Source of the DNA: Podarcis melisellensis | Lineage: Eukaryota | Assembly: GCA_964234715.1 (NCBI GenBank) | Contig: OZ174282.1 | Reading direction: 5' to 3' (one strand) | Length of the DNA stretch: 64,000 nucleotides | Shown: positions 35,561 to 48,052 of the stretch, in pieces | Numbering within the stretch: the first letter of the stretch is position 1 | Layout: each line of letters begins with the position of its first letter | Position numbers and translations under genes: made by a program | Notes under the pieces: generated by a model | The model's database searches: none | What the model was told of the DNA's origin: nothing | What the model saw: only the letters and a program-made list of their open reading frames with translations

Positions 35561-36198
35561 TTTTGGAGCTCCTCACATTTCTTTTTTTTTTTAATTTTAA
35601 CCTGCTCAACAGCAAGCTCAGGTGTAAATATGTGTAAATAAATCGTATTTCACAAAGACACTACAGCCTCCATTGTGCCTCGTTTCTGAAGGAAACACAA
35701 ACTCCTGCTTAAGTGCAAAGACCGCTGGAATCTTGTGCACTGCTTGGCTGAGATTGGAGTGGCCAATAACACTTGACCTAAACTTAAAAACATGTAAATG
35801 AAGTCACCTGAAGGAGAAATGGCACTGCTGGTCCATTTCACCTCCAAGGAAGTGCTTTGTGACTGGAAACACAATTTTATCCATCCTGTCTAGGGTGAAC
35901 TTCATCTAGCAAAACCCAAATGGTTTCACCTCAAGCAAAAATGCAGTGCAGCAAAACCAAACCACTACTTCCTTCCCCTTAATAATACAGGGGAAAGACT
36001 TTGAGAATTAACCTCCACACACACACAACTCTCACACACACATTTTCTCAGCAGACGCATGTTCTCAAGTGAGAAGGAGGCAGTTTGCATTTCTGTATCC
36101 TGTCTCCCGCAACGCTCATTGTCAGGGTGGTGCCTTCAAGATCCCTTCGCCCCACTTCCAAAGGTAATTCTGCCTTCGCCCTCCACCCTTCTCTGCAG

Positions 36199-36225
36199 GG
36201 AACGCCAGCAAGCGTAGCTTGAGAG
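36199..36225 (+). other. Candidate 27-nt micro-exon
   Basis: Polypyrimidine acceptor ccctccacccttctctgcag| and donor GAG|GTACGT. One open frame (xGG-NASKRSLR-G). Confidence 0.3.
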
Positions 36226-36483
36226 GTACGTAGTCAAGAGCTCTAACAGCTGAAGAGAGGTATTAATCAAGAACGTGAACATTTGCGGGGAAACAGGGCC
36301 TTGCTCTCGAATTAGAGAAGTTCACCAAAAGAAAAACACACTTCATGGAAAGGCAGGTGACAGTCACCAAAAACCTTCACAGCTATGGGCTTCTGCTGGC
36401 TGAAACCAGCCCTTTCTAGCAAATGGCTCAGCCGCTGGGATGTTATAGAATATTCATGGAAACCCCAACTGCTCAGAAGTGAG

Positions 36484-36830
36484 CAAACTCTCCAAGTGCC
36501 CTGTTTTCCTGGGACAGTCCCTGATTTAGAGAAGCTGTCCCAGTTTCTGATTTGATCTTGGAATGTTCCTCTTTTCCTTAGGACGTCCCTATTTTCATTG
36601 GAGAAATGTTGAAGGGTATGGAATTTTTCAACTCCTGAGCTGACTGAAGGCCATCTTGTTTTGGAAAGTTTTTTTCTTTAATGTTTAATGTTTTATTATG
36701 TTTTTCTATATGTTGGGAGCTGCCCAAAGTGGATAGGGCAACCAGGTAAAATGTGTGGGGTATAAATAGTAAAATGATCATAATGGAATGGGACGTCCCT
36801 ATTTTCACTGGAGAAATGTTGGAGGGTATG
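36484..36830 (+). mobile_element. Composite MITE with L2 tail (family of 18125-18485)
   Basis: Same architecture, ending gagaaatgttggagggtatg. Confidence 0.75.
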
Positions 36831-39221
36831 ATCCTGTAAACACATAAGTTTTACAAGTCGGAAGGAGTTGTTGGAGGAAAGGACTGTTGAGAAAGCTGTA
36901 TACGGGTAATCACCAGTGAATTGTGCCTGTTTATGAGGCAACAAACGGGGAATGGTCACGGGAGGTGTTGCAACACAGGTGAATTTCTGCAACTCTTTTT
37001 AAAAATAATAATAATAAATAAACACCAAAAATACATTGGAACCAGGTGGCAGTGGAAGATGAGTTAAGTTAAGCCAGGCAAAGTGCCGAAGAGACCTGCC
37101 TACTTGGTTAATTTCTTTCTTTCTAAAACAACTAATCCATTTCCCCCTTTGTCATTATCTGGAGCAACAGAACGCCGTTTCATAATGCGATTCTTTTGAA
37201 AATTAATGTATTTTCTGCTAGCCAATTACAAGAATCCCTGACTTCCATTTTTAATATCAACAATAACAAAACAAAACAAAACCATGCTTGGCCATTTTCA
37301 AGTTAAGTGGAAGCGGGCAGAGGGGGAGGGTGGACAACGGAAACTGGTAATTCTGTGTAATTTGTGTCTGTATAACCTAAGGACAGCTTAGCTGTTAAAA
37401 ATGAAATTATGCCTGCTCAAGTCCGTAACTAAGCGCCCTGGGTCCCGTTGGAATTTAATCAAAATAAGGGCAATGATAACACCAATAATAATAGCACCAA
37501 TAATAATTAATAATTTGGAACAGCAGGGAGCACGTCCTGAAAGTGCTCCCTCCTGCACAGCCTGTTATCATCTGCTGCTTAAGCAAGATGGATTTCTTTT
37601 TTAAAGTGGTCAATTGCCGAGCAAGCTCCAGATACTCCTTTATGCTGAGATAACAGATTGGCCTCCTCTCAGCTCCCGCAAGGTCAGGACTGCCTGCTGA
37701 GGACAGGAGAGGTTCTGGGTGACATGGCAGTTCCACCAGGCCCACTCATCACATTTTAGAAAGCAGAGAGATCGGGTGTTGGGTTAGATCAGGAATCCCC
37801 AAATAAGGGAAGGCTGCCGAGGAGACCGACATGCCCATCTACAAAGGAGGGCACTTGTCATGTCTCTGTGTGAGTTGCCAATCTGGCCTTGCTGCTACCC
37901 AGGTGAGCTAATCTCCCCCCAAAGCAGGACTGGCTCATTCAACCAATCTGGATGGGAACCACTAGCATTCAAAGGAGCTTGCCTGTTGTACCTCTGCACG
38001 GTCTTTGCTCCAAGCATCCCAAAACACGTGAGGCTGCAAAGCTGCAGGCTTGGTTACTCCTTCACACTCAACATGTAGCCCTTCAGCTGAAAAGCAAAGT
38101 GTGGGCTCCTGTTTTGGTCCCTCAGAGATCAGAGACTTTGGAAATTACGGCTGAAGCCTTCTCGTGTTAAAGAACACGGTTGAAGAACTGTAAAAGACCC
38201 CTTCCCCAAATGTATTGGCGCCCCATCAGAGTTGTCTGCACCTGACATATCACAAATTGGAGCTTCTACGGGTACATTCAAGGGGCTCAAGAGGATACAA
38301 AAATCTGCTCTTATTTCCCATTGCGTGGATTCCCAAGCTTGTGCCTGGCTTCAATGCCCTCCAATGTTTCCTGCTCTTCTTAAATAAATGCATATATTTA
38401 TTTAAAAGCATGTCTAAATGGTGTTAATATTTTTTTAAAAAATAATAATCTCTTAGTGGTGTGCAAGATAAAAAGCAAACAATGTCATTAAAGCAAACAT
38501 TACATCCTAAAGCCAATAAAACAGCAGAATAAAAACATGTAAAAGCAATCAAATAAGACAAAAATCCAGCGGATCCAAACACATAAAGTAGGGTCTCATA
38601 TTCTGGGTCAGGGAAGCCCCAGGCGTGATGGCTCTGCTCCTTCTCCCTCTCTGCCCCATGCCTATCACTCCAGTGTGTCGGCCCCCATTCTCCACCCTCT
38701 TCCCAACCTCACCTTTCCTGTCCAGCTTTTGGCTTAATCCTTTGACCTCATCCCAAGGCAAGGCAAAGCCTCAGGCTATAATCCTACCTACACCCTTTGC
38801 AAATCCCACTGGAAATCTGTGTGGAAAGAACAGATCAGCTGAAGTTGAATCTGCAATTCTCATTCATGGTTATTCATGATTCTCATTCATGGTTACATGA
38901 GAATCTGCAATTCTCATTCATGGACTTTCCCTTCCTTCTTTTCCTTATGTCATGTCTCCCCACCCTATATAGATTTTAAATACCTTCAAAGACCACATAT
39001 GCCATTTTTTCATTTAATTTGGTACGCTGTTGGTGCTGGATAAATGGTCTATCACAAGCATAAACACAGGTACAGAATGACTTCCCACACTGCTCCGTTC
39101 TGAAAGAGGACACCTTTTTTAGCATCTGGGCTCCATTCTCCACATTTTCCTGCACTCAAGAGGTTTCCTGGGAGCGGTATGGACCCCTGCTGCACCACCA
39201 GCTGATTCCACATGAATACTC

Positions 39222-39640
39222 ATGGAATCGTAGAGCTGCATAGTTGGAAAGGACCCCCTTGACAGATGGCCATCCAACCTCTGCTTAAAAACCTCCAGTG
39301 AAAGAGGGTCCACCAGCTTCTGAGAGAGTCCATTTCACTGTCAAACAGCTCTTAGCATCACAAAGTTCTTCCTAACATTTAGTTGCAACCTCCTTCCTTG
39401 TGATTTGAATCCATTGGTTCGGATCCTCCCTTCTGGAGCAGCAGAAAGCAAGCTTGCTCTATCTTCCATGTTGATAGCATTTCAGACATTTGAAGATGCC
39501 TATCTTATCACCCCGCCCAGCCCTGCCCCCTTTCAGTCTTCTCTTCTCCAGGCTAAACATACCCAACTCCCTCAACTGTTCCTCACAAGGCTTGGTTTCC
39601 AGATGTTGATCATCTTGGTTACTCTCCTCTGCATGTGTTC
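39222..39640 (-). mobile_element. CR1 3' end
   Basis: ORF 39459-39710 includes EEQLRELGMFSLEKRRLKG, the CR1 ORF2 motif. Confidence 0.88.
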
Positions 39641-41004
39641 CATGCGCAATCAGTAGCACATTAGGAACCTGTACCCAGGCCTGTAAACAGTCATGCCATT
39701 GGTCAGCCATGGCAGGTAATACTCACCTCCAAATGAACAGACACAGAAATCTTACAGCCTTTTTATGAAGGCTACAAACAGCTAGACTAGAGACTCTGGC
39801 AATAGGCTAGCTGAAGAAGACATTAATCTGCAGCAAATAAGGCCCATCAACTCAGGGATATTTTTTTTTTGTAGCCAAAAACGAATTAGAGCACATTTTC
39901 AGTATGGAGAGTGTTTCGACCCATTGATCTCACTCCATCGAGTGATTCCATCAGCATCCCAAAATTGCTATCATTATCTTTCAAAAATTTGATTCGCAAT
40001 CAAAACCACAAATCAGCAACTGGAAGATAAAGCAGACGTCTTTTTGCCTTGTGAAACGCTCTTAGCCTTGCCTAATTTGTGCATTCCAGCTGTGGTGTTC
40101 TAGGCCAAAACATCTGGCGGGCACCAGCTTGGGGACAGCTGGTCTGTGCAAATAGCGAGGCGTACAGCCTCACTGCTGAGTAATCACAGAGCAGGTCCCT
40201 TTTGCCAGAGGGGTTCCCATAAATCTTGTCCGGGGGGGTGGGGTGGGGGGTCAGAGCACTCTTGCTTTCCGAAGGAAATATGCAAAAGAGGTTCCACGCT
40301 GTAAATCTCCCTTCTTGGCTCTAAGGAGATAAGTAGGACCTATTAACCTTCCATGTTATTTTCAACTTCATTATTTGAGCTGACACGAGGAGAGAGCACA
40401 GTGACGGCTCTTTTGGGCAGAGAGCATGCAAATCGCTTTCCTCAAAGGAAATTACTTCTTCGGGCTGAATGTTATTAATCTAAATTCTCCCTTCGCCAAA
40501 TTGTGGCTCATAATAAATACAGAACAGGTGGTGATGCTTATCTCCAGTGGCAGCCGATGCCGGGGGCAATTCATCAACCCGAGCACCCCACCTCCTTGGA
40601 GGAAACTGCTTCCGGGTCAACTCCAGCTTCTAGTGGGGGGCATAAGCAAGGCACCTCAGTGTCCCCCCTCCCTCACTAAGCCTGCCTTCACACGGCCACG
40701 CAGCACCTCCGAGGCCCAAAATATTTGCCAGTGCTCTAGGGGTGCAGGTTACATTGAGATTTTGCACACGTCCTGTTTACTCTCCGGCCTTTTCTCTTTC
40801 CCCTTTTTTGCATGTGCTTCATTGACCTGAGTCCCTCATGGGGTGGAGCAGACGGTTTTTGCTCTGCCAATTTGTTCTGGAGAGCTGGATGGTGACTGTC
40901 TTGGAAGAGGAGTCAGAAGGCTCCAAAAGCCGAGGGAGACATCATCCAGAGGTTGGCATACTTTAATTAAGTAATGGTTTTATGAATTATGACTGAATAT
41001 GGTG

Positions 41005-41297
41005 CAGACCCTCCAAGTGTCCTCATTTTCCAGGGACAGTCCTGGATTTACAGAAGGTGTCCCCGTGTCTGATTTGATCCCAGAATGTCCAGCTTTTCCT
41101 TAGGATGTCCCTAATGTTGAAGGGTATGGAGTTATGTGACCCCCTGAGCCAATGAGATATAACTATACAACCTTTAGAAGATATCTAAAGGCAGCCCTGC
41201 ACAGGGAAGTTTTTATGTTTAATGTTTTATTATGTTTTGATATATGTTGGAAGCCGCCCAGAGTGGCTGGGGCAACCCACTCAGATGGGCAGAGCAT
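41005..41297 (+). mobile_element. Composite MITE with L2 tail, truncated where a Tigger MITE inserted
   Basis: CAGACCCTCCAAGTGTCC start. L2 tail to tcagatgggc. Confidence 0.75.
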
Positions 41298-41300
41298 TTA

Positions 41301-41534
41301 CATTGGTACCTCGGGTTAAGAACTTAATTCATTCTGGAGGTCCGTTCTTAACCTGAAACTGTTCTTAACCTGAAGCACCACTTTAGCTAATGCGGCCTCC
41401 CACTGCCACCGCCACGCGATTTCTGTTCTCATTCTGAAGCAAAGTTCTTAACCCGAGGTACTATTTCTGGGTTAGCAGAGTCTGTAATCTGAAGCGTCTG
41501 TAACCTGAAGCGTATATAACCCGAGGTACCACTG
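41301..41534. mobile_element. Tigger-like MITE
   Basis: TA-CATTGGTACCTCGG...CCGAGGTACCACTG-TA. Confidence 0.9.
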
Positions 41535-42227
41535 TATTACAGTTTCAAACTACTTAGAAGCCATTTTGGCATGTGAGCAGCGTATCATATTAACGCACAA
41601 CAACAAGTCTTGCTTTGCACAATCCCAGAATTGTTACTGCGCTCAAGTCAAGATTTTTTTTTTTAGTTGGCAGAAAGCAGAGGCAGGGGAAATGTTCCAA
41701 TGAGGAAACTATTCTAAGGCTCTTGAACCACACATTTAGTGTGGCCAGTATGTGTCACCGTCTGCCCCTCCTGGAGTATCATTGGTGTCATTTCATTTCA
41801 CGGACAGGTGTGCATTCATGCAACTTAGCGGACAGCTCCTGACACATACGAGAAACCTCCTGCCATTCACTGTTAAGATAATGACACTGGCAAGAGAGTA
41901 CCAGCTCTCTCTCTCTCTCTCAGGTGCTAAAATACCAAAGTGATTTAAAGCCATTGAGAGATGAATGCAAGAGAGACCCAGGAGGTGAGATAAAGCTAGA
42001 GAGAGAGACAGAACCTTTGTAAGAGGAGCCTGGGGCATCGGACCTAAGGAGGTCAACCAGATGGTCTGGTGGGAAACCTGCAAGCAGGACCTGAGTACAA
42101 GAGCCCTCTCCCCTCCTGTGGCTTCCAGCAGCTGGTTTTCAGAAGCACTGCTGCCTCTGACAGTGCAGGCAAAGCATAGACTTCATTGTGCTAGCGGCCA
42201 TTCGTACCCCCCTCTTCCTATTCCTAG

Positions 42228-42477
42228 ATGAAGAAGAAGAGTTTGGATTTGATATCCCGCTTTATCACTACCCGAAGGAGTCTCAAAGCAGCTAACAATC
42301 TCATTTCCTTTCCTCCCCCCACAACAAACACTCTGTGAGGTGAGTGGGGCTGAGAGACTTCAGAGAAGTGTGACTGGCCCAAGGTCACCCAGCAGCTGCA
42401 TGTGGAGGAGCGGGGAATCAAACCCAGTTCACCAGATTACGAGTCCACCACTCTTAACCACTACACCACACTGGCTC
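42228..42477 (-). mobile_element. Squam3B-type SINE (adjacent to a CR1 3' UTR piece at 42050-42200)
   Basis: As for the other copies. Confidence 0.9.
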
Positions 42478-44496
42478 TAGGAGCCTCAGGTGAGAGCTGA
42501 GTGCAGGGTGGGGACAAAAGGCGAACAAGCTACCCCAGGACATGTTCCCTACCAGAGGCACTACTCCTCCCCTAACACCCCATGGGGGTTGTAGTCCAGC
42601 AACCTCCAGAGAGCAGCAGGTATTTGTAGTCACAGCACTATACAAGCATCACCTCTCATCCCTTCATGCAGCTCCTTGCTATGGTCCAGGGTCAAGGCAG
42701 TGCTGAGGAGGCACACTGGATACAGGAAGACTGGAGGAGGCGGTTCACACACGTACACCCAAGATTTATGGACTGCCGCAAGCGCCATAAAGTGATCTCA
42801 GGCTGGTGCTAGAGCAGTTAAACAGTACCTGTGCATCCAGGGGCTCAGGCTCGAGAGGCAGATGAATCAAGAGGCTGGGAAGGGCTCTGCGGAGGAAACC
42901 ACTCATTCCCCCAAAGGGGCTCATGCAAGGCCACAGTCACCCACCCTAAAGGACTTTGGAAAGTGCCAGGCACCGTGGTGGGAAGTGTCCTTCACTAAGA
43001 GGCGCTGGAAACTGCAGGAAAAACTACAGTTCCCAAGATTCTTGCAGGGTGTGTGCGCGCGTGTCATTTTAATGTGGTGCTGAGTACGCTTTAAATGCAG
43101 AGTGTGGATCTTGCTCAGAAGGCTCAGCAGAGAGAGAGTTAATCCCCCGCAGCTCCAGGTTAGGGGAGATTAAAGTCTGGCACACACAGGAGGAGAGAGC
43201 GCATTTGAAGCATTATAAATCTACCAGTACAGAGAGGCCTTCTCCTCGTTTGTTAGCCAGCGAGGTGTGAAAATGTTAATGAAGGAAGCGATAATCTATG
43301 AGAATCCCACTATTAAAATGTAGCCCATGTCTAGAGACGCCTGTTTCCGCCTGGCCCACAGTACATCAACCCCTCCAACGTCCTCCTAATAATAGGTGTA
43401 ATTGCCTGAGCCTGTCTAGCCAACCTCCACCCTGGCATGCCCAAGATTCGCTAGAACTGGGGTGGTGGAATTTATTCTCATTCCGCTAAGCTGGCATTTA
43501 TATTGCAAGAGTTCTGAAAAGGAAAGCGTGTGTGCGGTGGTGGCGGTAGGGATATAAACACAAAAGGGACCTCGTATAACAGCAGGCAAGGAAAAGAGAG
43601 GGGGCTGCAATCGCTTGCCCCTCTTGCTGAATGTCACAAATAGCCAGCATCCCAACCTTCAAAATAAATGTGGGTGCAGGGAGCCTTGGCAAAGATTTTG
43701 CCAATCCGATTTTGCTTCCGGCTTTTGTACAGAAAGAGGTGTGCACTGCTTTGAAGGCAGCTGAAAGCTTTGGGGGTTATAGCATTCAGAGAAAAGAGGT
43801 CCGATGAACTGTGGTTCCTCTCTCCACCCACAGCTAATCCCCCTGTTCTGGACCACTACTTGAAACAGCACGGCGGCCTCTCATCTGCCTTTCAGCTGCT
43901 GCGCCTGCGACGTTGGAACGCCAAGCAAACAGTTGGGGTCGATTCAAACATTTGTGAGAAAACACTAATTGAACCGAAAATGGCTGTGCAACGAATGCTT
44001 TCATGAGCTCCTTTGCCAAGAGAATTCCCCACGCCTAGTTGACTCTGTTTCCTAACACACAGAGAGACACACACTCACTCACAGAGATGCCTGGTCCTCT
44101 TGGCACAGTGTCAAATTTGTTTCTCCCTATTACTCAGTTCCCAAGAGTGAGTCAATGTTGGCTCATGGCGTAGGATTAGGGTGCTGTCTGCCTGACTGTA
44201 CTGTCATCTGCAGGGATGGAAACTGTTGCGTCATGGAAATCAAGCCATGCCAAGCTACCTCTCCAGGTGGGAAAAGCCGCTTCCAAAAGATTGTTTATTT
44301 CGAAACATTCAGCACTCTTTTTTCATTTCCCTCCCAAGCCCTGCTTCTTCCATCTAACCAACTTTCTTCTGATCTTGGGGACATCACACCACTCCTGGGA
44401 TCTCCTTCTCGAAACAATGCCGATGCAATGGTGTGGCTGGGAGGGAGCGTGAGCTGGAAGCTAAGTCCCCCCTTCAAATACTGCAGCCGCCCTGAA

Positions 44497-45905
44497 CGTA
44501 AGAAAATAAGAGTCTGTTGGATCAGGCCAACGGCTCACATAGTCCAGCATCCTGTTCTCACAGTGGCTAACGAGATGCTCCAAAGGGAAGCCTGCAAACA
44601 GGAGCCAAGCCCAAGAGCAGCCCTCTCCCCTCCTGTGGTTTCCAACAAAGCCTCTCCTCCTTACAGAGGGGAGGAGTTGTGAGCAGGAGCTGTTTCCAGC
44701 GTTGGCAGGGGGTGTTCCGGCTGCCATGCCATGCCCCCAGGTAGCCAGCCAGTCAGGTGGAGGCTTGGGGGTGGGGTTTAGCCGCTCAAATGCGGCCGCA
44801 GCAGCATTTCCCTTTCACTGTGCCGCTGGTTTTCGTCGGATCACCCACCCACCCACCCTCCCTTTAGTTCATTGCTTGGTTCTTGACATTGCTATGGACC
44901 TGTGGTTGGTTGCCTTGGTTGCCCAAGGGGCCTGGTAGGAATTTTTATCCAATTGGCAAATTGGCATCGGCCACTTGGTTTTTTGCCTACCTTGTAGCAA
45001 ATCATCACAATTTTTAGGTATTGGCGGTTAGGCATTGGAATATGTTTGTGTATTGGAGGGCAGGCTGTGGCCATCGCCTACCCCTCCACTTTATGGGTAT
45101 TCCAGTAAAGGAATCCGGCAGTCGTGGATCCTGTCCGATGCCCTTGCTGGTGGCTAGGGCCATGGCACGACCCCCGGTGACATCAGGGGGAGCTTTCAGT
45201 TGTATTTGTATCAACAGGCTCCTCCCACTGGTGGTTAACCCAGTGTTAGACTCACCCCTCCCTGTTTTATCCAATGCCTAAGCCAATTCCTCTCACATGC
45301 TGTAATCAATAAAGCCCATTAACCTAATATACTGTGTCTTTCTTATCCTCAAGCAGGTGGCGGGTCCTCAAATCACTATTAGTTTTCAGAAGCATTTGCT
45401 GCCTCTGACTGTGGAGGCAGAGCATCGCCATCCTGGCTAGCAGCCACTGAGAGACTGGTCTTCCACAAATTTCTCTGATCCTCATTTAAAACCATCCAAG
45501 TTGGTAGCCATCACTGCCTCTTGTGGGAGAGAGTTCCATAGTCTATGTGCCACATGAAGACGTCGTTTCCATCTTCCACCCGAGTTCTAGTGTTACGAGA
45601 GGGAGAAAAACTTTCCTCTGTCCACTTTCCCCATGCCACGCATCATTTTGTAAATTTCTATCATATCCCCCGTTGCTCACCTCTTCTCTAAACCAAAACT
45701 TCCCAAATGCCTCAACCTTTTCTCCTAGGCAAGTCACTCCACCCCCTTTCTGAACCTTTCTGAACTCTCCAATATCCTTTTGGAGGTGAGGCAACCAGAG
45801 CTGTGCACAGTAGCCCAAACACAGTTGCACCATTGGAGTGTATAACGGTATCACGAAATAATCAGTTTAACTTTCAGTTCCTTTTCCTAATGATCTCAGG
45901 CATGG
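44497..45905 (-). mobile_element. CR1 3' fragment (44497-44648 and 45379-45905) split by a ~730-bp insert
   Basis: The 3' UTR breaks at tcctgtggtttccaacaa and resumes at gttttcagaagcatt. ORF 45543-45854 has LGYCAQLWLPHLQKDI, resembling CR1 LEYCVQFWSPHLKKDI. Confidence 0.8.
44649..45378. mobile_element. Unclassified insert, possibly a DIRS/Ngaro-type or LTR-like non-coding repeat
   Basis: Interrupts a CR1 copy. No obvious TSD. AATAAA at 45308. Multiple hairpins. Confidence 0.5.
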
Positions 45906-45941
45906 AATCCCTATCTTTCCCCAAGCTGGTACCTTCGTGAT

Positions 45942-46077
45942 CAGGCATAGGCAAACTCCAGCTCTCCAGATGTTTGGGACTACAATTCCCATCACCCCTA
46001 GCTAACAGGACCAGTGGTCAGGGATGATGGGAATTGTAGTCCCAAACATCTGGAGGGCCGGAGTTTGCCTATGCCTG
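45942..46077. mobile_element. Palindromic hAT MITE, young
   Basis: TIR CAGGCATAGGCAAACTCC / GGAGTTTGCCTATGCCTG. Perfect 8-bp TSD ttcgtgat. Confidence 0.93.
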
Positions 46078-46945
46078 TTCGTGATGCTTGGGACTGCAAA
46101 CTGCCCTCTATGCCCAAGAGTCCAACCTCTCAAAATACCCCATCAATACTCGCAGAATTCCAGCACTGTTTGCTAGTACTATAAGGTCCACATATCTGAA
46201 AATGTGCAAGAATGTGCGTTTCCAGTGTGGTGTATGTAAATGGGCCATTTTAACCCCAGGTTGGGTGTATTGCATCCCTCCACCCGCTGCTTGTTTCCTA
46301 CATTCACACAGTAGCTTATTCTGCTTTCCTGGTATTTCCCTAACTGTTAATCTGAGCTTTCACACGACCGCTACCTGAAACACAGCTCAAGTTTAGCACT
46401 CATTTCTTTGTTGTGTACAAATGGGGTTCCCCGCCCCCTCCAGGGGAAAAGTAACACAGAAAGGAGTGCTCAACTTGAACCGTGTTTACGTCATTTGAAA
46501 GCTCAAGTATAATGCAGAAATTAAGAGGGAAATGTCAAAATAAACTGCCTTGCGAATGCAGCCGTGGGCAGAATTCCCCAAGGGCACCAGGGTTGAGGAA
46601 GGCTGCTCTGAATGTTAACAGGGGATGTGTGAAGCGGTCTGTATAATGCCCTGTGCTATTATTCCCTGTGGCTGCCTTGATAAAAAGTGGCATTGCCTCG
46701 TCAGGACATTTATCCACAAGTCAGATTTGAAACTGTCACAAGGAGTAGGATTTTTCCAAACAGTCAGCTCTTCCCATAACAGAAGTATAGCAAACTTAAG
46801 CACTCATCCCTGATTAAGAGCTGCTGGCCAGTTTGCTATACTGTACACTGCTCAGATTCATTCGCTTTCCCTGACCCCCCGCCATGCTGACATGCATTGT
46901 TCTTGGATACTTCCTTATTGCATTTATGGCTGACCTTTCCTCCAA

Positions 46946-47277
46946 GGTGGCGCTGTGGGTTAAACCACAGAGCCTAGGACTTGCCGATCAGGTCGGCGGT
47001 TCGAATCCCCGCAACGGGGTGAGCTCCCATTGCTCGGTCCCTGCTCCTGCCAACCTAGCAGTTCGAAAGCACATAAAAGTGCAAGTAGATAAATAGGTAC
47101 CGCTCCGGTGGGAAGGTAAACGGTGTTTCCGTGCGCTGCTCTGGTTCGCCAGAAGCGGCTTAGTCTTGCTGGCCACATGACCCGGAAGCTGAACGCTGGC
47201 TCCCTCAAGATGAGCACCGCAACCCTAGAGTGGGTCACGACTGGACCTAATGGTCAGGGGTCCCTTTACCCTTTACC
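46946..47277 (+). mobile_element. Sauria SINE (slightly 5'-truncated) inserted in the tail of a minus-strand MIR-like SINE (about 46920-47455)
   Basis: TSD ttcctccaagg. The host continues ctcacaacaaccctgtgagg...gggggatttgaaccctgg. Confidence 0.92.
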
Positions 47278-47914
47278 TTCCTCCAAGGAGCTCAGGGTTC
47301 TCCCCGATCTCAATTAATCCTCACAACAACCCTGTGAGGTAAGACAAGCAGTGACTGGCCCAACGCCACCCAGGGAGCTTCATGACTGAGTGGGGGATTT
47401 GAACCCTGGTTTCTCCCAGGTCCCTAGTCCAACACTCTCACCACTGCACCATGCTGTTGCAGGCAGTCTGGAAACTCCAACTGGTGCAGGCTGCGCAACT
47501 GCTCAGTTTCTGATGCGGGCAACGATGGCCAGAGTGCATGGCACTGATCCGGACCAGTTGCACTGATCTTCCAGGCCGGATTCAAAGTGATGGTTTCAAC
47601 CTTTGAAGTCCTAAAGTACCAGGGATAGAGACTGGCAGCCTGGTTGGCACAGTTAGCGTGTCAGAGTAGGACCTGGGAGAGACCTGGGTTCAAATCCCCT
47701 CCACTCGGCTATAAAGCTAATGAATGTGACCAAGTCAGATGAATTAGGCTCAATGGGTCTACTCTGAGTAGGACTACAGCGCCGCTCCTCGTAGTTTCTC
47801 AAGCTACTGTCCCTTTCTCCTCATTTGGCGAGACTGGCTGAATTTCCCAGCATCTTTTGCAAGAAATGGTGGGTTCAGTTTTTCACAGCTCTGCTGAGTT
47901 CATTATTTAGGCCG

Positions 47915-48052
47915 CAGTGGTTCTCAAACTGTGGGTCCCCAGATGTTGTTGGACTACAACTCCCATCATCCCTGAGCTCTAGCCTTGCTAGCCAGGGGTG
48001 ATGGGAGTTGTAGTTCAACATCATCTGGGGACCCGCAGGTTGAGAAAGGCTG
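47915..48052. mobile_element. Palindromic hAT MITE (family of 29574-29711)
   Basis: CAGTGGTTCTCAA...TTGAGAAAGGCTG. Confidence 0.85.

Noticed and set aside
37037-37054. CTCF-like GAACCAGGTGGCAGTG
   Set aside because: Mismatches at the conserved 5' CC positions, and it is a single weak hit.
45942-46077. Long hairpins as pre-miRNA genes
   Set aside because: Explained by palindromic MITEs with TSDs. No known mature miRNA sequence was recognised in the window.
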